Source of the DNA: an uncultured archaeon
GTDB taxonomy: Archaea > Aenigmatarchaeota > Aenigmatarchaeia > GW2011-AR5
Direction of reading: 5' to 3'
NCBI GenBank assembly: GCA_964373695.1
Contig: CAYJVT010000010.1
Coordinates: 10,451-29,095 of the forward strand
DNA: 18,645 nt
The position numbers and the translations under genes are program-made. The notes under the pieces are model-generated. The model saw only the letters and a program-made list of their open reading frames with translations, was not told the DNA's origin and searched no databases. Each line of letters opens with the position of its first letter. Positions within the stretch are counted from its first letter, which is position 1. Positions 14,486 through 18,645 of the stretch are shown here, one piece after another.

Positions 14486-16105
14486 ATGAAAGACCTTTTC
14501 TGGGCTGACCAGCTCGCGAAGCAGATTATGGAGAGAATGGAGAGAGAAAACTGCATCCCGAACATCAAGTGCCAGCAGACGCCTTCGGGCGCCAAGCACA
14601 TAGGCAACCTGAACGATGTTGTCCGCGCATATTTTCCGTCCAAGTCTCTTCATGAGCGCGGAGTCGGGCACACTTTTGTCCATACGACGGATGATAGGGA
14701 CCCCCTGAAGGATATGCCGTTCAAGCTGCCGGATATGGACGGGAAGTGGCACAAGACGTCCGAGCTTCCCGACATGAAGGAATATCTCGGCATGCCACTT
14801 TTCAGGGTTCCGGACCCTTTCGGCTGCTGCGCGTCGTGGTCCGACCATTTCACCAAGGTTTGGATGGACGGCGTCTATTCACTCGGGATGGAGCCGGACC
14901 TTTACTCTGTGAACAGCTTGTATTCGGAAGGGAAGCTCACGAAGTATGTAAGGATGGTTTTCGAGAAAATTGACGAAGCCGGGAGAATAGTTGCAAAATA
15001 TCAGCAGACAAAGGATACGGATTACATACCATTCGACGCGATATGTTCAAATTGCGGACGACTGGCCAACATAGACTCGTTTGACCTGGACAGCATGACG
15101 GTGCATTATGAATGCGGAGGAAAGGCCATAAAGAAGAAAAGAAGCGAAGGATGCGGGCACTCCGGGGATGTCCCGGCGACGGAAGGCAAGCTCCAGTGGC
15201 GGTTCGAATGGCCTGCCCTTTGGGCGCTGTTCGGCACCACGTACGAGCCGTTCGGCAAGGACCATGCGGAAGGCTCGTGGAAGAGCGGCCAGGAGATAGC
15301 AAGGTGCATATTCGAGATAGAGCCTCCGATACCTTTCGTTTACGAGTTCTTCCTTGTCAACGGCGAGAAGATGTCGGCGAGCGTGGGCAATGTCTACATA
15401 ACCCAGGACATGCTCGGGATAATGGAGCCCGAGGTCTTCCTGTATTTCTACACCAAGAGGCCCAACAGGCAGAGGGACTTGGACCTCAAGCGGCTTTACC
15501 TGATGGCAGACGATTTTGAGCGCGCGGAGCGCGTTTACTTCGGCGTGGACAAGGAGAAAAACGAGACCGACAGGAATAATATTATAAGGTCGTACAGGAT
15601 GTGCATGAAACAAATCCCTGAGGAGATGCCCGTCCGCATCCCGTACCAGTTCGCGGCGCTAATCGGGCAGATACATGCCGACGGCCTGAACAATGCGCTG
15701 GAGCTGCTGAAGTTCACAGGCCATATAGGGAAAATAACGGAAGAGGAAAAGGAGCGCGTCAGGAAGCGCCTCGCCCTTGCAAGGAACTGGGCGCTCAAGT
15801 ACGCGGACGAGGACGCCAGGATAAGGCTCAACGAGAAGCCGCCCGCCATGGAGCTGAGGGACAACGAGCTCAATGCGCTTCTCGCGCTTTCGAAGGAGCT
15901 GAAGAAAGATGCAGACGACAAGGAGCTCCAGTCCAGGATATTCGACATAGCGAGGGAGCACAACGTTGACACAAAAAAATTCTTCCAGATGCTCTACAGG
16001 ATTCTCGTAGGGAAGGATTCTGGGCCGCGCCTGGGACCGTTCATTGTCGCTGTCGGAAGGGAGCGCGTGTCGAAGATACTCTCTTCATTGCAGCTCGGCT
16101 CTTGA
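14486..16105 (+). CDS. lysS: Class I lysyl-tRNA synthetase
   Basis: PSGAKHIGN (HIGH motif), CxxC Zn sites, GKLQWRFEWP, EPFGKDH, KMSASVGN (KMSKS motif) and SGPRLGPF anticodon domain. Confidence 0.96.
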   Translation: MKDLFWADQLAKQIMERMERENCIPNIKCQQTPSGAKHIGNLNDVVRAYFPSKSLHERGVGHTFVHTTDDRDPLKDMPFKLPDMDGKWHKTSELPDMKEYLGMPLFRVPDPFGCCASWSDHFTKVWMDGVYSLGMEPDLYSVNSLYSEGKLTKYVRMVFEKIDEAGRIVAKYQQTKDTDYIPFDAICSNCGRLANIDSFDLDSMTVHYECGGKAIKKKRSEGCGHSGDVPATEGKLQWRFEWPALWALFGTTYEPFGKDHAEGSWKSGQEIARCIFEIEPPIPFVYEFFLVNGEKMSASVGNVYITQDMLGIMEPEVFLYFYTKRPNRQRDLDLKRLYLMADDFERAERVYFGVDKEKNETDRNNIIRSYRMCMKQIPEEMPVRIPYQFAALIGQIHADGLNNALELLKFTGHIGKITEEEKERVRKRLALARNWALKYADEDARIRLNEKPPAMELRDNELNALLALSKELKKDADDKELQSRIFDIAREHNVDTKKFFQMLYRILVGKDSGPRLGPFIVAVGRERVSKILSSLQLGS

Positions 16106-18286
16106 AACAATTGTCCTGGTCTGCACAACAGCGTCAGGGTTCACGGATATAGAGTCTATGCCGCTTTTGACCAGAAACTTCACGAACTCAGGATAGTTGG
16201 AAGGCGCTTCGCCGCATATCCCGACATGTCTGTGGGATTTGTGCGCGTCTTTTATCAGTCTCGCCACCAGTTCCTTCACGGCACTGTTCCTTTCGTCAAA
16301 AGGCAGCTCGGAATTGTCCCTGTCGACTCCCAGAGTGAGCTGCGTCAGGTCGTTGCTTCCTATGGAAAAGAAGTCGAAATGCTTCGCGAACTCGCGGGCG
16401 AGGATGACGTTCGACGGTATCTCGGCCATGACGCCTGTCTGGCATCTAAGGCCTTCCTCGTTTATTATCCTCTTCACTTTTTTTGCCTCATCGACGGTGC
16501 GGCAGAAAGGCACCATTACTTTTATGTTGTCAAGGCCGGAATCTATGCATTTCTTCAATGCCCTGCACTCGAGCCTGAAAGCCTGCTCGAACCTGGGGTT
16601 GTAATATCTTGAGGCGCCGCGCAGCCCGAGCATTGGATTCTCTTCCTCCTTCTCGAACTCTTTCCCGCCAGGCAGGTTCCTGTATTCATTCGTCTTGAAG
16701 TCGCTGAACCTTATTATGACGGGGCGCGGGTGGAACGAAGCGGCTATCTTGGATATGCCGAAGAAAAGTTCCCCGACGTAATCAGCAGCCTTGCCGGACT
16801 TTATCATCTTCATCGGATGCTCCCCTATGTATGATGATATGATGAATTCCTCGCGGGCGAGGCCGACTCCGTCTGCAGGTAAAAGCGACGCGTCTGGAGC
16901 CTGGGAAGGGTCGGCGATGTTGACGTATATCTTTGTCCTGGTATTTTTTGCCGGTGCGCTGGCTGTCCGTGTGGTGAAAGGCAGCCTGCCCTCGAATATC
17001 CTGCCTTTTTCGTGGGTGCAGTCCACGGTCACGATACCTTTCAGCTTTCTCGTGGCATCCTTCACTCCTATGACCGCCGGCACTCCTATTTCCCTGGCAA
17101 CTATCGCGCAGTGAGAGGTGCGGCCGCCTTCCTCAGTTATTATCGCAGCGGCCATCTTCATCACAGGCTCCCAGTCGGGGTCGGTGTTCTTCGTCACAAG
17201 CACCTCGCCCTTCCTGAACGTGCTCATCTGGCGCGGGCTTCTTATGACGCGGACCTTGCCGGAAGCTACTTTCCTTCCGACAGCGGCGCCTTCCGCAAGA
17301 ATTTTGCCCGATTTCTTGAGCGTGTAAACCGGCATGGCTGTCGATATGGAATGCACGGTTTCCGGCCTTGCCTGGACTATGTAAAGTATGTTGTCGTCTC
17401 CCTTGCTCCATTCTATGTCCATGGGCCTTTTGTAGTGCCCCTCTATTTTCTTCGCGTAGGAGGCGAGCTTCTCCGCATCAGCGTCGGATATGGAGAATTC
17501 CTTCTGCATCGTCGGGGAAACTTTTTTCTTCCTGACACCGAAAGGCGACCTTGTCTCCATTATGCTTTTCTTCCCGGGCCTTTTCTCCACTAGCCTGCCG
17601 CTCTTCTTGAATATCCTGAACTCGTCCGGCGTGACTTTCCCCTGGACTATGTAGTCGCCCAGGCCGTAGCTCGAGTTTATGACTATGAAATTCCGGTGGC
17701 CGTTGTCGGGGTCTATGGTGAACATGACTCCGCTGGACTTCGAGAATATCTGTTTCTGCACGGCTACGCTCAGGAAAACCTTGAAGTGGTCGAATTTCTT
17801 GTCCTCCCTGTAGGATATTGCCCTGTCAGTGAACAGTGAGGCGAAGCACTCCTTTATCTTCTGGATAATGTCGTGCCTTGTGACGTTGAGAAAGCTTTCC
17901 TGCTGGCCCGCGAAGCTCGCATCAGGCAGGTCCTCAGCGGTCGCGCTGCTTCTGACGGCGACGTATTTCGCGCCTAGCGTCCCGAAGGAGTCGGCTATTT
18001 CCCTCTCAAGTCTGTCCGGCATCTTGGCATTCCGTATCAGTGACCTTATTTCGCTTCCGGCTTTCTTCAGCCCACGTATGTTTTTCTCTCTGTTCTTGAT
18101 GATGCCACGGATTTTCCCGTCAAGTTCGTTCTCCTTTATGAAATGCCTGTACGCTTCGGCGCTCACGGCGAAACCGTTTGGCACGGGCAACCCTGTGGAA
18201 TACATCTCGCCGAGCGAGGCCGTCTTTCCTCCCACAAGCGGGACATCCTTCATTCTTATGTCCGTGAAGAACTTGGTGAACGGCAT
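16085..18286 (-). CDS. ppsA: Phosphoenolpyruvate synthase (pyruvate,water dikinase)
   Basis: GGKTASLGEM, VAVRSSATAEDLPDASFAGQQES, GGRTSHCAIVARE (phospho-His) and SIGSNDLTQLTLGVDRD. Confidence 0.96.
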   Translation of the reverse strand: MPFTKFFTDIRMKDVPLVGGKTASLGEMYSTGLPVPNGFAVSAEAYRHFIKENELDGKIRGIIKNREKNIRGLKKAGSEIRSLIRNAKMPDRLEREIADSFGTLGAKYVAVRSSATAEDLPDASFAGQQESFLNVTRHDIIQKIKECFASLFTDRAISYREDKKFDHFKVFLSVAVQKQIFSKSSGVMFTIDPDNGHRNFIVINSSYGLGDYIVQGKVTPDEFRIFKKSGRLVEKRPGKKSIMETRSPFGVRKKKVSPTMQKEFSISDADAEKLASYAKKIEGHYKRPMDIEWSKGDDNILYIVQARPETVHSISTAMPVYTLKKSGKILAEGAAVGRKVASGKVRVIRSPRQMSTFRKGEVLVTKNTDPDWEPVMKMAAAIITEEGGRTSHCAIVAREIGVPAVIGVKDATRKLKGIVTVDCTHEKGRIFEGRLPFTTRTASAPAKNTRTKIYVNIADPSQAPDASLLPADGVGLAREEFIISSYIGEHPMKMIKSGKAADYVGELFFGISKIAASFHPRPVIIRFSDFKTNEYRNLPGGKEFEKEEENPMLGLRGASRYYNPRFEQAFRLECRALKKCIDSGLDNIKVMVPFCRTVDEAKKVKRIINEEGLRCQTGVMAEIPSNVILAREFAKHFDFFSIGSNDLTQLTLGVDRDNSELPFDERNSAVKELVARLIKDAHKSHRHVGICGEAPSNYPEFVKFLVKSGIDSISVNPDAVVQTRTIVSRAELQ

Positions 18287-18358
18287 GGATTATAATTATC
18301 CTGTATGATATAAAAGTGAAAAGGAGTGTGGAGAACTGTCAATCAAAAGAATAAATAT

Positions 18359-18541
18359 TTACGCCGGAGGTGCGCTGCCCCCGCCTGTATAGCCGCCGGA
18401 AGGTGCAGAATAGCTTCCGCCGCCCGTCGAGCCGGTGTCGCCGCCGTTCACGACTATTATCGTGTCAACAGTCTGTGCATAGGAAACCGATATCCCGATA
18501 AATAAGAAGGCGAGGATGCATTTTATCAAATGCATTTTCAT
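18359..18541 (-). CDS. Small secreted Gly/Ser-rich peptide, or truncated surface-protein gene
   Basis: Signal peptide MKMHLIKCILAFLFIGISVSYA/Q followed by GGDTGSTGGGSYSAPSGGYTGGGSAPPA*. Confidence 0.55.
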   Translation of the reverse strand: MKMHLIKCILAFLFIGISVSYAQTVDTIIVVNGGDTGSTGGGSYSAPSGGYTGGGSAPPA

Positions 18542-18574
18542 TAGAAATATATGCGAAAATGCCGTATATAGTTT

Positions 18575-18645
18575 TTATTTTTTTCGAAAATTCAAATCTG
18601 CAGATTCCACTGCCTTTGCCCAAAAGAATTCCTTGAATTCTTCTG
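18575..18645 (-). CDS. Possible 3' end of a gene entering from the right edge
   Basis: Open frame ...EEFKEFFWAKAVESADLNFRKK* (TAA at 18575-18577). Too short to verify. Confidence 0.35.
   Translation of the reverse strand, partial: EEFKEFFWAKAVESADLNFRKK

Noticed and set aside
16085-16105. 21-nt convergent overlap of lysS and ppsA as a regulatory feature
   Set aside because: Short tail-to-tail overlaps are routine in compact genomes, and no extra structure is seen.

Overview
GC-rich prokaryotic window, most likely from a DPANN-type archaeon. This is inferred from TTTA(A/T)A TATA boxes about 25 nt upstream of starts, GGTGA/GGAGG Shine-Dalgarno sites, a class I LysRS and an archaeal-type site-2 protease. 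Left end: two minus-strand surface-protein genes. One is a Cys-rich secreted protein of at least 497 aa that runs off the window and is absent from the ORF track. The other is a lipoprotein with an HExxH metalloprotease domain and a doubled dockerin/EF-hand-like tail. About 2.97-6.7 kb is an AT-rich accessory island. It holds a four-gene cassette (zincin-like protein, two unknown proteins, a Pol-beta nucleotidyltransferase) bounded by a perfect 15-bp direct repeat, then a wHTH-Fic gene and an orphan dockerin-like fragment. Next is an nrdR-nrdJ locus: two NrdR-box-like sites 31 bp apart beside an archaeal TATA box, a hairpin-rich leader, and a Gln-terminated LAGLIDADG intein at the catalytic Cys of nrdJ. 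It is followed by a PCD-like gene, a PduO adenosyltransferase and a B3/4-domain pseudogene. That pseudogene is split by two tandem 46-bp hairpin units, each flanked by TA. The right part holds vapBC with twin operators, an M50 protease, lysS, ppsA and a tiny secreted Gly/Ser peptide. All calls come from reading motifs by eye; no database searches were run.
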